Part shown: positions 37,594-49,445 of the stretch, one piece after another | How the letters are laid out: every line of letters begins with the position of its first letter | How positions within the stretch are numbered: the first letter of the stretch is position 1 | Assembly: GCA_043789195.1 (NCBI GenBank) | Contig: JAYWIC010000027.1 | Location: 2,359 to 66,358 of the forward strand | DNA length: 64,000 bases | Source of the DNA: Arenimonas sp. | Lineage (GTDB): Bacteria > Pseudomonadota > Gammaproteobacteria > Xanthomonadales > Xanthomonadaceae | Direction of reading: 5' to 3' | Translations under genes and position numbers: made by a program | Notes under the pieces: generated by a model | What the model saw: the letters and a program-made list of their open reading frames with translations, nothing else | Database searches by the model: none | What the model was told of the DNA's origin: nothing

Positions 37594-37734
37594 TTAGACG
37601 CAGAGACGCGCGCGGCCTTTGGCGCGGCGACGTGCGAGGATCTTGCGACCACCGACGGTTGCCATGCGGGCGCGAAAACCGTGGTCACGTTTACGCTTGA
37701 GATTGCTGGGTTGATAAGTACGTTTGGTGGCCAT
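37594..37734 (-). CDS. rpmH: 50S ribosomal protein L34
   Basis: [44 protein letters not shown]. Confidence 0.97.
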   Translation of the reverse strand: MATKRTYQPSNLKRKRDHGFRARMATVGGRKILARRRAKGRARLCV

Positions 37735-37857
37735 GACGCAACTCGCTTGAAGATTGTGCGGGAAAGACTTGAAAGTATAGACAATTTCCCCGGTTCCCGT
37801 CAAGCCGGATCTGCTTGGCGAATGTCTCGCAAGTCGCTAGACTGGGCCACCCCCGAC

Positions 37858-37866
37858 TTATCCACA
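37858..37866 (+). promoter_or_regulatory. DnaA box upstream of dnaA (probable autoregulation)
   Basis: Perfect TTATCCACA ending 32 nt before the dnaA ATG. Confidence 0.8.
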
Positions 37867-37898
37867 GCAGCCTCGGGCTGCCGGAATCCGTTTTGTCT

Positions 37899-39218
37899 AT
37901 GTTAACTGCTTGGCCCCGCTGTCTCGAACGTCTGGAAGCAGAACTTCCAGCTGAAGATATCCACACTTGGCTGCGTCCGCTGCAGACCCGAGTTGTGGCA
38001 CATCAATTGACCTTGTTCGCCCCCAATGCGTTTGTTCTAGAACAAGTGCGTGAACATTATTTGCCCCGGATTCGGGAATTAATGACGCATTTCAGCCAAG
38101 GACAGGCCGAAGTCTTACTTGAAGTCGGTTCCAGCGCCAAGCCTGTGGCGGCAACAAAAACCAAGGCCGCGGTATCCAATGACGCCGGCTTGGTGTTTCA
38201 AACCAATTTGGACCCCCGCTATCACTTTGATAATTTCGTCGAAGGCAGCAGTAATAAGCTAGGCCGTGCGGCGGCGATGCAAGTCGCCCAGAACCCAGGC
38301 AAGGATTACAACCCACTATTGCTATACGGCGGTACTGGCCTGGGCAAAACCCATTTGATGATCGCGGCCGGCAATTTGATGCGTGCCAATAATCCTGCCA
38401 TGAAAGTGTTGTATCTGCGTTCCGAGCAATTTTTCAGCGCGATGATGAAAAGCCTGCAAGAAAAAACCATGGATCAGTTCAAACGGCAGTTCCAGCAAGT
38501 TGACGCGCTCCTGATCGACGACATCCAGTTTTTCGCCGGCAAAAACACGACGCAGGAAGAATTTTTTCATACCTTCAATGCATTATTTGACGGCAAGCAA
38601 CAAATTATTCTTACCTGCGATCGTTTTCCGCGCGAAGTCGACAACCTCGAACCCCGGCTGAAATCCAGGCTGGGCTGGGGTTTGTCGGTCGCCATTGAAC
38701 CGCCGGATTTTGAAACACGGGCTGCAATTCTAATAGCGAAAGCGGCCGAGCGCGGGGTACCGTTACCGGACGATGTTGCGTTTCAAATTGCCAAACGCAT
38801 GCGCTCGAACGTGCGGGACCTAGAGGGCGCTTTGAATACGCTGGCGGCGCGTGCCAATTTATTCGGCAAGACCATCACGGTGGAGTTCGCTCAGGAAACC
38901 CTGCGTGATTTGCTGCGTGCGCAATCACAGGCGGTGTCCATCACCAATATTCAAAAAACGGTCGCCGAATATTTTCAACTTCGCATGGCCGATTTGCTGT
39001 CGCAAAAACGCACGCGCAGTTTGGCACGCCCTAGGCAGCTGGCCATGTGTCTATCGAAAGAATTGACCGAGCACAGTCTGCCGGAAATTGGTGACGCCTT
39101 TGCCGGCCGTGATCACACGACAGTGCTGCATGCATGCCGGGTGATTCGCGAATTATTGAATACCGATGGCAAAATGAAAGAGGATTGGGACAAATTAATC
39201 CGCAAATTAAGCGAATAA
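37899..39218 (+). CDS. dnaA: Chromosomal replication initiator DnaA
   Basis: [37 protein letters not shown] and RDHTTVLHA. Start at MLTAWPRCL. Confidence 0.98.
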   Translation: MLTAWPRCLERLEAELPAEDIHTWLRPLQTRVVAHQLTLFAPNAFVLEQVREHYLPRIRELMTHFSQGQAEVLLEVGSSAKPVAATKTKAAVSNDAGLVFQTNLDPRYHFDNFVEGSSNKLGRAAAMQVAQNPGKDYNPLLLYGGTGLGKTHLMIAAGNLMRANNPAMKVLYLRSEQFFSAMMKSLQEKTMDQFKRQFQQVDALLIDDIQFFAGKNTTQEEFFHTFNALFDGKQQIILTCDRFPREVDNLEPRLKSRLGWGLSVAIEPPDFETRAAILIAKAAERGVPLPDDVAFQIAKRMRSNVRDLEGALNTLAARANLFGKTITVEFAQETLRDLLRAQSQAVSITNIQKTVAEYFQLRMADLLSQKRTRSLARPRQLAMCLSKELTEHSLPEIGDAFAGRDHTTVLHACRVIRELLNTDGKMKEDWDKLIRKLSE

Positions 39219-39434
39219 GACTTACCAGCGGGATAAATTGTGAATAAACTGGGGATAGTTATTGGAAGTGGGTTTTATCCACAAGCTATCCCAAGCCTTA
39301 GGAGTCTTCACCCACACCCGGCGAGTGATTAAAAACACATAAAAAACAAGTACTTAAAAGCTTATCCAAGGTTTTTGGCGACTCTACCACCACCACTCTT
39401 TATATATATCCACTAGGTTAATGGGGCATACGGC
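39219..39434. other. Chromosomal origin of replication (oriC) between dnaA and dnaN
   Basis: TGTGAATAA (39239-39247), TTATCCACA (39275-39283), weaker boxes (TGGGGATAG 39250-39258, TTATCCAAG 39362-39370) and an AT tract TTTATATATAT near 39400. A dnaA-dnaN oriC is established for Xanthomonas. Confidence 0.85.
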
Positions 39435-40535
39435 ATGCGTTTTAGTCTTTCTCGTGAAGTTCTTTTAAAACCCTTACAGCAAGTCGTCAATGTGGTTGAA
39501 CGCAGACAAACGCTGCCTGTATTAGCTAATTTATTGGTTTCGGTAGAAAACAATAAACTCTCGATGACCGGTACCGATCTCGAAGTTGAAATGATTGCAA
39601 GGTCGGATGTGGAAGATGCTGAGAATGGCGAAACCACCATTCCTGCTAGAAAGCTGTTTGAAATCGTTCGTGCTCTACCTGATGGCAGCAAAGTGACATT
39701 AACTCAAACCGGCGACAAGGTGACCGTACAAGCCGGACGCAGTCGTTTCAGTTTGGCGACATTGCCTAGCCGGGATTTTCCCGCTGTGGAAGACCTCGAT
39801 CTTGTCGAACGTATTCGTGTGTCGGAATCGGCATTAAAGGAATTGATTGAACGAACTGCATTTGCCATGGCGCAGCAGGACGTTCGTTATTACCTCAATG
39901 GCTTATTGTTGGATTTACGCGAAAACAGCCTTCGTTGCGTCGCTACCGATGGCCATCGTTTGGCGCTTTGCGAAGCCCAGTTGCCTGAAGGCGCCCAAAC
40001 GCGCAAACAAATTATCGTCCCGCGTAAAGGTGTTTTGGAACTACAACGCCTATTGGAAGGCGGGGATCGCGAGGTAGAACTGGAAGTCGGCCGCAACCAT
40101 TTACGCATGCGCCGCTCCGATGTCACTTTTACCTCCAAACTCATCGATGGCCGTTTTCCTGATTACGAAGCTGTAATTCCCATCGGCGCCGATAAGGAAG
40201 TGAAAGTTGATCGAGAAGCCTTACGTGCGGCCCTACAACGTGCGGCTATTCTGTCGAACGAAAAATACCGAGGCGTGAAACTCGAAATCTCGCCGGGTCA
40301 ATTGCGTATCATCGCCAATAATCCGGAAAGCGAAGAAGCTCAGGAAGAATTGGAAGCAGAAACCAAGATCGACAATTTGTCGATTGGTTTCAATGTCACC
40401 TATCTTCTGGACGCTCTCTCTGCCTTGCGTGAAGAGCACGTTATCCTGAATCTGCGTGACGGCAATTCGTCCGCCCTGGTGCGCGAAGCCAGCCACGACC
40501 GCAGCCGTCATGTTGTTATGCCGCTGCGTTTGTAA
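39435..40535 (+). CDS. dnaN: DNA polymerase III beta clamp
   Basis: RRQTLPVLAN, GTDLEVE, QQDVRYYLNG, VATDGHRL, GRFPDY and VVMPLRL. Confidence 0.98.
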   Translation: MRFSLSREVLLKPLQQVVNVVERRQTLPVLANLLVSVENNKLSMTGTDLEVEMIARSDVEDAENGETTIPARKLFEIVRALPDGSKVTLTQTGDKVTVQAGRSRFSLATLPSRDFPAVEDLDLVERIRVSESALKELIERTAFAMAQQDVRYYLNGLLLDLRENSLRCVATDGHRLALCEAQLPEGAQTRKQIIVPRKGVLELQRLLEGGDREVELEVGRNHLRMRRSDVTFTSKLIDGRFPDYEAVIPIGADKEVKVDREALRAALQRAAILSNEKYRGVKLEISPGQLRIIANNPESEEAQEELEAETKIDNLSIGFNVTYLLDALSALREEHVILNLRDGNSSALVREASHDRSRHVVMPLRL

Positions 40536-40558
40536 TGATTGTTTTATAACCTACACCG

Positions 40559-40583
40559 AAAGCCCGGTTTTTCCGGGCTTTTT
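40559..40583 (+). terminator. Terminator-like hairpin between dnaN and recF
   Basis: AAAGCCCGG-TTTTT-CCGGGCTTTTT. Confidence 0.7.
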
Positions 40584-40595
40584 ACTTCGAGCACC

Positions 40596-41678
40596 ATGGA
40601 ACTCATTGAACTTCGAATAAAAGATCTGCGCTGCATTGAACAGGCGCAATTAGCTTTCGGTCCGGGTATCAACCTCATCACCGGCGCCAACGGTGCCGGT
40701 AAAACCTCGATTATCGAAGCCATCCACTTGATGGGCTATGGTCGATCATTTCGGGGACGGGTGCGGGATGGCATGATTCGCAGCGGTTCAAACCATTGTG
40801 AGGTTTTTATCCGGTGGCAAGATGCCGGGCCAGGAGAACGCTACGCTGGTCTATCGCATACCGGCAGTACCTGGCAAGCAAAGCTCAATGGCCAAAACAC
40901 AAACAGCCTGACAGAGCTTTGTGCAGAAATCCCGATCGTGAGTTTTGAACCCGGAAGTCACGAACTGATCGGAGGTAGCGCTGAGCATCGCCGCCGTTAT
41001 CTGGATTGGGGTCTGTTTCACGTGGAACACGAGTTCGTTCAACATTGGCGCCGGTATGCCCGTGCACTCAAGCAACGGAATAGCTTGTTGAAATCCCAGG
41101 CAAGCCCGAGTCTTCTGGATCCATGGGAACGGGAGATGGCGACCAGTGGCGAGATTATCAGCCGTTACCGCGCACTGTACCTTGAGCAACTCGACATCGA
41201 CTTCAATCACACTGTTGCCCAATACCTACCAGAACTGGGCCGCGCCAGTTTGAGCTTTGTATATGGCTGGAAGCGAGCGGAACTCTCTCTACAAGATGCC
41301 CTGGTATTGAGTCGCCAACGGGACATGGTGGTTGGGAGTACCAGCATTGGTCCGCATCGGGCAGATTGGCGCGTGGATTACGAAAACCTTCCCAACAAGG
41401 AAACATTGTCGCGTGGTCAGGAAAAACTGACTGCGCTGGCCTGCGTGATGGCACAGGCAGAGAATTACGCCCACCGAAAGCACGAGTGGCCAGTGGTCTG
41501 TATGGATGACCTGGCATCGGAACTGGATGTTCAGCATCAGGAACAGGTTCTGAACCATCTCAATGAATCAAGAGCACAAGTCATTTTGACCGCCACGGAA
41601 ACCCCGGTAATTCTAGAAAAGCAGATAGCGTTCGAAACAAGGTTTCACGTGAAACGTGGTGTAGTCTCCCCGCTCTAA
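40596..41678 (+). CDS. recF: DNA replication/repair protein RecF
   Basis: GANGAGKTSIIEAI, GRSFR, RRRYLDWG, GPHRADW, LSRGQEK and MDDLASELD. Confidence 0.96.
   Translation: MELIELRIKDLRCIEQAQLAFGPGINLITGANGAGKTSIIEAIHLMGYGRSFRGRVRDGMIRSGSNHCEVFIRWQDAGPGERYAGLSHTGSTWQAKLNGQNTNSLTELCAEIPIVSFEPGSHELIGGSAEHRRRYLDWGLFHVEHEFVQHWRRYARALKQRNSLLKSQASPSLLDPWEREMATSGEIISRYRALYLEQLDIDFNHTVAQYLPELGRASLSFVYGWKRAELSLQDALVLSRQRDMVVGSTSIGPHRADWRVDYENLPNKETLSRGQEKLTALACVMAQAENYAHRKHEWPVVCMDDLASELDVQHQEQVLNHLNESRAQVILTATETPVILEKQIAFETRFHVKRGVVSPL
41014..41029. promoter_or_regulatory. parS site 1 (ParB loading site) within recF
   Basis: TGTTTCACGTGGAACA matches the established parS consensus TGTTYCACGTGRAACA. 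Confidence 0.88.
41641..41656. promoter_or_regulatory. parS site 2 within the recF 3' end
   Basis: GGTTTCACGTGAAACG, containing the perfect 14-bp palindrome GTTTCACGTGAAAC. Confidence 0.8.
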
Positions 41679-41699
41679 GGGGAGTCAGGCAGCGCTTGA

Positions 41700-44243
<2,544 letters not shown>

Positions 44244-44246
44244 AAA

Positions 44247-45005
44247 ATGCTTACGAGCAATGAGCAAGTAACGAAAAAAAACAAGGCGCCCGGCATCGAT
44301 AAAGTGCTGGGCGCATTTTTTTTGGATATCGGCTTGCTCGGATTTTTCTGGTTTGTCGGAATGATATTAATTACCGCGATCTGGACATTGTGCGTTTACC
44401 TTGCGAATACAGGAACGATCCCTAATCCGCAGCCAAGCCAATGGGCGACCATGCTGATGGGCATTTCGTCATTGTATTTTTCCATTCTAATTGTCGGCGG
44501 CGCGCGTGGCAGAAACCTATCATTGAACCCAATACCCGCAAGCAGAACCTACTTGGCAGTGTTGGCGATCACAACAGGCCTGGCCGTGTGCTTACTGACC
44601 ATGCTGTGCACCTATGTCTTGCACTATTTAGGGTTCGAGCTACATCCTGGGAATCAGGCGTTACTTCAAGAGACTGGAAAAACCACACCGGCGATCATCG
44701 GTTTTTTGACCCTCGTCATAGCGCCGATATTTGAAGAGCTATTATTCCGTAAACAACTATTTACCCGCTTTCTAGTCGCCGGATACACGATTACCGGCTA
44801 TCTCCTGAGCAGCGTTCTGTTCGCCTTGATGCACGAGCCAACGCCCACCGAAGGATTAGTCAGATGGTGTTTGATGCTCTTGTTGTATGCCGCCATGGGC
44901 GCGGTGTTTGCCTGGGTCTATCAAAAAACCGGACGGCTTTGGCCGGCAATACTCGCGCACGCAAGTAATAACCTGCTCGCTGTCGGGATCTTGTTGCTGG
45001 CCTAG
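44247..45005 (+). CDS. CPBP (CAAX/Abi-type) intramembrane metalloprotease
   Basis: APIFEELLFR, LFALMHE and AILAHASNN motifs; multi-pass membrane protein. Confidence 0.9.
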   Translation: MLTSNEQVTKKNKAPGIDKVLGAFFLDIGLLGFFWFVGMILITAIWTLCVYLANTGTIPNPQPSQWATMLMGISSLYFSILIVGGARGRNLSLNPIPASRTYLAVLAITTGLAVCLLTMLCTYVLHYLGFELHPGNQALLQETGKTTPAIIGFLTLVIAPIFEELLFRKQLFTRFLVAGYTITGYLLSSVLFALMHEPTPTEGLVRWCLMLLLYAAMGAVFAWVYQKTGRLWPAILAHASNNLLAVGILLLA

Positions 45006-45187
45006 CCGGTGAGCCGAAAGGCATCGGGTAGGGCGGCTGCCTCCGTGCAATTACTCTTACTCCAGATCTTCACAAGGAGACAAACGGCGTTTATGTATTT
45101 GAACAAAGAACTTGGGGCTTGAGTATGGAGCCCGCGGCCCGTACCCTTGTCATCTTTAATTAGTGCTTTTGCTCTTTGGAGTTTTTG

Positions 45188-46459
45188 ATGAAACGCATGC
45201 AAGCTTTGATTGTTGCAATCGCTGCCGGATTGTTTTTATGTTTTTCCGCCACTCCCAATGTAAGTGCGGAAGAGAAAACGGGTGAAAGCAAAGAACAATC
45301 GAAGAAAAAATCCTACAAAGACAGGACGATGAACTTTGCCGAAACCTATGATCCAGACGGCAATCTCATTAAAAAAGAAGAGGCGGTAAAAATTTATCCT
45401 TTGGCGACGAGGGTAGAACCAAATCAGGATGGCTCACCAACCATGACCCGATTGCGCAACGACATGATCATTGCGTATCAAAAAGGTAAAGCTGACGCAG
45501 CCAAGGCAGCGGCGGAGAAACTACGGGCTGATCCGAAAGCCAATCTCAACGATCGCGCAATCGCTGTTAAAGTGCTTGCACTTTTGGTTACCAAAAAAGA
45601 CCCGAATGACCACACAAGTGCGATTCCCTTGCTCGAAGAGGCGATGGAAATAAACGGTCTAGACAATAATTCGCATTACGCGCAAATGTCGGAACTGGCA
45701 CAACGCTTATTACTCGATCAGGATTATGAGGAAGCCTATAAGTGGGCGGAACGCTTCCTGCAGGAAACCAAAGTAGAAAAAATCGAAGTCCTGAAAGTGA
45801 AAGGCAATGCGCTTTTCCGCATGCCCAATCGTGTGAAGGATTCATTGGTGCCATTGGAGAAAGTGCATGCAGTAGAACCGAACGATTTAGAAACCACACA
45901 AATGCTGGCGAAGGCTTATTCCGACAGCGGTAATCCGGCAAAAGCTGCAGAACTGACGAAGCAGATTCTGGCCACGACGGGTAACGACAGGGTGTCGCAA
46001 GTAAACTTGGCCATCACCTACTTCGATGCGAAGCAGTACGAAGCGGCCGCCGTAGTGATTTCACAACTACGAGCCAGCAACCAATTAGTGGATGAACGTG
46101 ATTATCTGACCGCCATGAATGTCTACACAGCCCTGAAAAAACAAGAGAAGGAACTGATAACGGTGATGGAGTCCGGCTTCAGCTCCGGTGCACTCAAGCC
46201 AACTTGGCAACGTTACAACAAGCTTGGTGATGCTTATTACGACAGCAGTCTGGAAAACAGTTTGCCCAAAGCGATAGAAAACTGGTCCAAGGCGGCACCA
46301 TTGGCCAAAGACGGAGCCATATATTTGAATATTGCGATCGTTCAATGTCAGGAAGAGATGTGGGCTGCATGTAAAGAAAACGCTAAAAATGCGATTGCAA
46401 AAGGTGGAATCAACGTGAATGATGCAAAAGCGCAGATAGCCAAGGCGGACAAGCATTAA
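45188..46459 (+). CDS. Secreted tetratricopeptide-repeat protein
   Basis: Signal peptide, tandem helical TPR-like repeats, and position directly upstream of tonB. Confidence 0.8.
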   Translation: MKRMQALIVAIAAGLFLCFSATPNVSAEEKTGESKEQSKKKSYKDRTMNFAETYDPDGNLIKKEEAVKIYPLATRVEPNQDGSPTMTRLRNDMIIAYQKGKADAAKAAAEKLRADPKANLNDRAIAVKVLALLVTKKDPNDHTSAIPLLEEAMEINGLDNNSHYAQMSELAQRLLLDQDYEEAYKWAERFLQETKVEKIEVLKVKGNALFRMPNRVKDSLVPLEKVHAVEPNDLETTQMLAKAYSDSGNPAKAAELTKQILATTGNDRVSQVNLAITYFDAKQYEAAAVVISQLRASNQLVDERDYLTAMNVYTALKKQEKELITVMESGFSSGALKPTWQRYNKLGDAYYDSSLENSLPKAIENWSKAAPLAKDGAIYLNIAIVQCQEEMWAACKENAKNAIAKGGINVNDAKAQIAKADKH

Positions 46460-46607
46460 GTAAAGCGAAGTAGCGCACATTTAGATCTCCCGAGAGATTG
46501 GATAAACCAGCATCTTGGTATAAGCTTAGAGGTTCCCGCGATATGGTTGTCGCGGGTCATGGCGCGAAAGCGTCGCGAAAACAAATTTTTTAAAGAGCCG
46601 CCACCGC

Positions 46608-47267
46608 ATGACGGATCCCAATAACAAAGATGAAAAAGCAGCCGGCTTAAGCTGGCCTCGTATCGGCGGCGTTGCATTTGCAATGGCGTTGCACGTGGCG
46701 GGCTTTATGATGTTGATGGCGCCTGTGTCGGCACCACCGCCACCGGAAGACGAAGAGCAAGTCGTGCCGGTCAGTTTTACCGACCCACCACCGCCACCTC
46801 CACCGCCACCACCGCCGCCGCCGGAACAACCGCGAGTCATTACGCAGATTGTTGAAACACCAAGGCCGACGGTGCTGCCGCCACCGCCGGAAGCGCCGCC
46901 GATCATCACGGATGATTCGAACGCCATGTCGACACCCGCACCACCGCCGGCACCGCCAACCGTTGCACAGGCGATACCGTCGGACGTCGATGCACGGGAA
47001 GATATTTCCGGCCGCGCGATGAACCCGCCGAAGTATCCTTCACAAGAACTTCGCGATGGCGTAGGCGGTTCGGTCATGTTGTTGGTGACTATTGATGCCA
47101 GTGGCACAGTGCTAAACGTCAGCGTAAAAAAATCCAGCCGTAACCGAAATTTGGATCGAGCCGCCATGGACGCAGCGCGTCGATGGAGATTCAATCCGGG
47201 TATCCGCAATGGTCAAAAAGTTGGGGGCGATGTTCTCGTTCCTGTTAATTTCACTCCGCAATCATGA
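46608..47267 (+). CDS. tonB: Energy transducer TonB
   Basis: N-terminal TM helix with His (AMALHVAGF), polyproline linker, and TonB_C NPPKYP...DRAAMDAARRWRFNP. Confidence 0.93.
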   Translation: MTDPNNKDEKAAGLSWPRIGGVAFAMALHVAGFMMLMAPVSAPPPPEDEEQVVPVSFTDPPPPPPPPPPPPPEQPRVITQIVETPRPTVLPPPPEAPPIITDDSNAMSTPAPPPAPPTVAQAIPSDVDAREDISGRAMNPPKYPSQELRDGVGGSVMLLVTIDASGTVLNVSVKKSSRNRNLDRAAMDAARRWRFNPGIRNGQKVGGDVLVPVNFTPQS

Positions 47268-47293
47268 TTAATCACTAAGATAAAGGTCATCCT

Positions 47294-48061
47294 ATGCTAC
47301 AGGACATCCTCACCCTCTCGGCCGCAGCTGCAGGCGGCGCCAATAACACCGCGGAAGCCTTCAACAAGATGGGCTTCAGCCACATGTTCAGCACCTTCAT
47401 CACCGGCGAAAACAACGTCGGCGCCATCGTATTTGCCACTCTGGTGATCATGTCGATGGGCTCGCTGTACTACATGGCCGCAAACTTCATTAAAGGGCGC
47501 GTTGTCTCCAGCCGTGCCGACAAAGTGATGGCCACCTTCTGGGAAAGCAGTCCACAAGACGCAATCCGTGCCATGGAAGAACAGCCTGCCAACGAACCCT
47601 TCTCTAAAATTGCTCTTGAGTGCGCACAAGCTGCCGCCCACCATCAGCGTAGTGAAGGCAACCGTCTGGCCGAATCGCTGAACCGTTCGGAATTCATCGA
47701 CCGTACCTTGCGCCAAGTCGTCACCAAGGAAAGTGCCCGTCTTGAAGACGGTATGACCTGGTTGGCAACCGTCGGTGCAACCGCTCCGTTCGTGGGTCTG
47801 CTCGGTACCGTTTGGGGTATTTACCACGCTCTGATCAACATCGGTGCCTCCGGCCAAGCCGACATCGGTAGCGTCGCCGGTCCAGTGGGTGAAGCCCTGA
47901 TCATGACCGCCATCGGTTTGTTCGTCGCGATTCCAGCCGTGTTGGCGTACAACTTCTTCACACGCTCGAATCGTAATACCTACGCAAAATTCGACACCTT
48001 TGCCCATGACCTGCATGACTTCTTTGCTACCGGCGCCCGCGTTGGTTCCGATAAGCGTTAA
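47294..48061 (+). CDS. exbB: ExbB (MotA/TolQ/ExbB proton channel)
   Basis: LATVGATAPFVGLLGTVWGI and VAGPVGEALIMTAIGLFVAIPA. Confidence 0.93.
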   Translation: MLQDILTLSAAAAGGANNTAEAFNKMGFSHMFSTFITGENNVGAIVFATLVIMSMGSLYYMAANFIKGRVVSSRADKVMATFWESSPQDAIRAMEEQPANEPFSKIALECAQAAAHHQRSEGNRLAESLNRSEFIDRTLRQVVTKESARLEDGMTWLATVGATAPFVGLLGTVWGIYHALINIGASGQADIGSVAGPVGEALIMTAIGLFVAIPAVLAYNFFTRSNRNTYAKFDTFAHDLHDFFATGARVGSDKR

Positions 48062-48090
48062 TTCAAAGCAGGATCTAGAAGGAGCGCTTT

Positions 48091-48504
48091 ATGTCATTTA
48101 GCACAAATTCCGGCGGTGGGGGCCCAATGGCCGACATCAATGTCACGCCTCTGGTAGACGTGATGTTGGTGCTCTTGATCATCTTCATGATCACGGCACC
48201 GTTGATGACGCATAAAGTCAAAGTGGAACTGCCGAAAGCATCGCTTGATGAAAAAGCACCAGTCAAAGTTCCGCCGATCACGATTACCGTGAAAGCCAAT
48301 GGTGAAATTTATTGGGCCGATGTCAGAGTGACCCAGGATGCGTATGAAGCCAAGCTCGATTCGATTGTCGGCCTTGACCCACAGCCGCAGCTCGATATCC
48401 GTGCCGATAAAGACACCAAGTACAAACTGATTGAACAAGCCACGACGACCGCGAAAGACCACGGTGTTCGAAAAGTTGGCTTTGTTTCCACTCGTGAACG
48501 CTGA
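48091..48504 (+). CDS. exbD: ExbD (first copy)
   Basis: ADINVTPLVDVMLVLLIIFM with the conserved TM Asp; IRAD. Confidence 0.92.
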   Translation: MSFSTNSGGGGPMADINVTPLVDVMLVLLIIFMITAPLMTHKVKVELPKASLDEKAPVKVPPITITVKANGEIYWADVRVTQDAYEAKLDSIVGLDPQPQLDIRADKDTKYKLIEQATTTAKDHGVRKVGFVSTRER

Positions 48505-48517
48505 GACGGAGTAGCTA

Positions 48518-48937
48518 ATGGCCTTTTCTTCAAACTCCGGTGGCGGCCCCATGGCTGACATCAACGTTACGCCCCTCGTGGACGTGATGTTGGTGCTCCT
48601 GATCATCTTCATGGTGACGGCGCCACCCTTGTCGCATCAAATTCAGGTCGATTTGCCACAGCCGACGCGTAATCCCCCACCGCCAGATTTAAATCCTCCG
48701 GATCCGATCAAGATTCGTATTGACGCCGGTGGCAGTGTTTCCATGAATGGTACACCGATAGATATGCAGGCCTTGGAAGCACAATTCGACGTAGTGGGCG
48801 AGCTGCCGGTTCCCGAGCAGGGCAAATTGGAAATCGATACCGACCCGGAAGCCGAATACGAAGTATTGGCCAAGGTATTGGCTAGGGCAAAAAATGCAAA
48901 GTTGACCAAAATCGGTTTTGTGAAAGCCGCGAACTGA
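48518..48937 (+). CDS. exbD: ExbD (second copy)
   Basis: ADINVTPLVDVMLVLLIIFMVTAP; C-terminal KIGF. Confidence 0.92.
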   Translation: MAFSSNSGGGPMADINVTPLVDVMLVLLIIFMVTAPPLSHQIQVDLPQPTRNPPPPDLNPPDPIKIRIDAGGSVSMNGTPIDMQALEAQFDVVGELPVPEQGKLEIDTDPEAEYEVLAKVLARAKNAKLTKIGFVKAAN

Positions 48938-48971
48938 TTCGGCAAAGCGCCTTTCATTTTGCTATGAAATC

Positions 48972-49000
48972 AAAACGCCACCTTCGGGTGGCGTTTTTTT
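48972..49000 (+). terminator. Intrinsic terminator of the tonB-exbB-exbD-exbD operon
   Basis: AAAACGCCACC-TTCG-GGTGGCGTTTTTTT. Confidence 0.88.
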
Positions 49001-49061
49001 ATTTGCCAAAAAACATAATCAGGCGTAAATATGGATCGTCAACCAACGCAAGGAGAGCGCT

Positions 49062-49445
49062 ATGCAAAGAATCCCCTCCACGAACATGATGGCCGATATC
49101 AATATCACTCCCCTGGTTGATGTGATGCTCGTGCTTTTGGTGATCTTCATGCTGGTAACGCCGGCGATCAGTCAAACGATGAGCCAGCCGATCCAGCCAT
49201 CGCCACCGGGCAAAGTACAGGACACGCATAAACTCATCGTGCAAGCGGGCGATACTTTTTTACTTGACGGAAAAATGATCAGTTCCTTCGAGCTGAAACT
49301 ACATTTCTCCGAGTCCATCCGCGCCGATGAAAAGTATACGGTCCAGGTTTACGGCGAGCCCGATGCCAGCTATCAGAGTTTCACCGAAGCCATGGCAATT
49401 GCAAAAAATGCCGGCGTTGAAAACCTGAGTCTGGCTTCGAACTAA
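49062..49445 (+). CDS. ExbD/TolR family protein (third copy, outside the operon terminator)
   Basis: AAGGAG RBS and ADINITPLVDVMLVLLVIFM; shorter, divergent periplasmic domain; stop overlaps the pdxJ stop. Confidence 0.85.
   Translation: MQRIPSTNMMADINITPLVDVMLVLLVIFMLVTPAISQTMSQPIQPSPPGKVQDTHKLIVQAGDTFLLDGKMISSFELKLHFSESIRADEKYTVQVYGEPDASYQSFTEAMAIAKNAGVENLSLASN

Noticed and set aside
46460-46607. Fur box upstream of tonB
   Set aside because: No match to GATAATGATAATCATTATC is visible; only a CCCGCGA-N8-TCGCGGG inverted repeat of unknown meaning.
46730-46825. CCA/CCG microsatellite-like run suggesting phase variation
   Set aside because: It is the normal polyproline linker of TonB, with mixed codons and an in-frame triplet unit.
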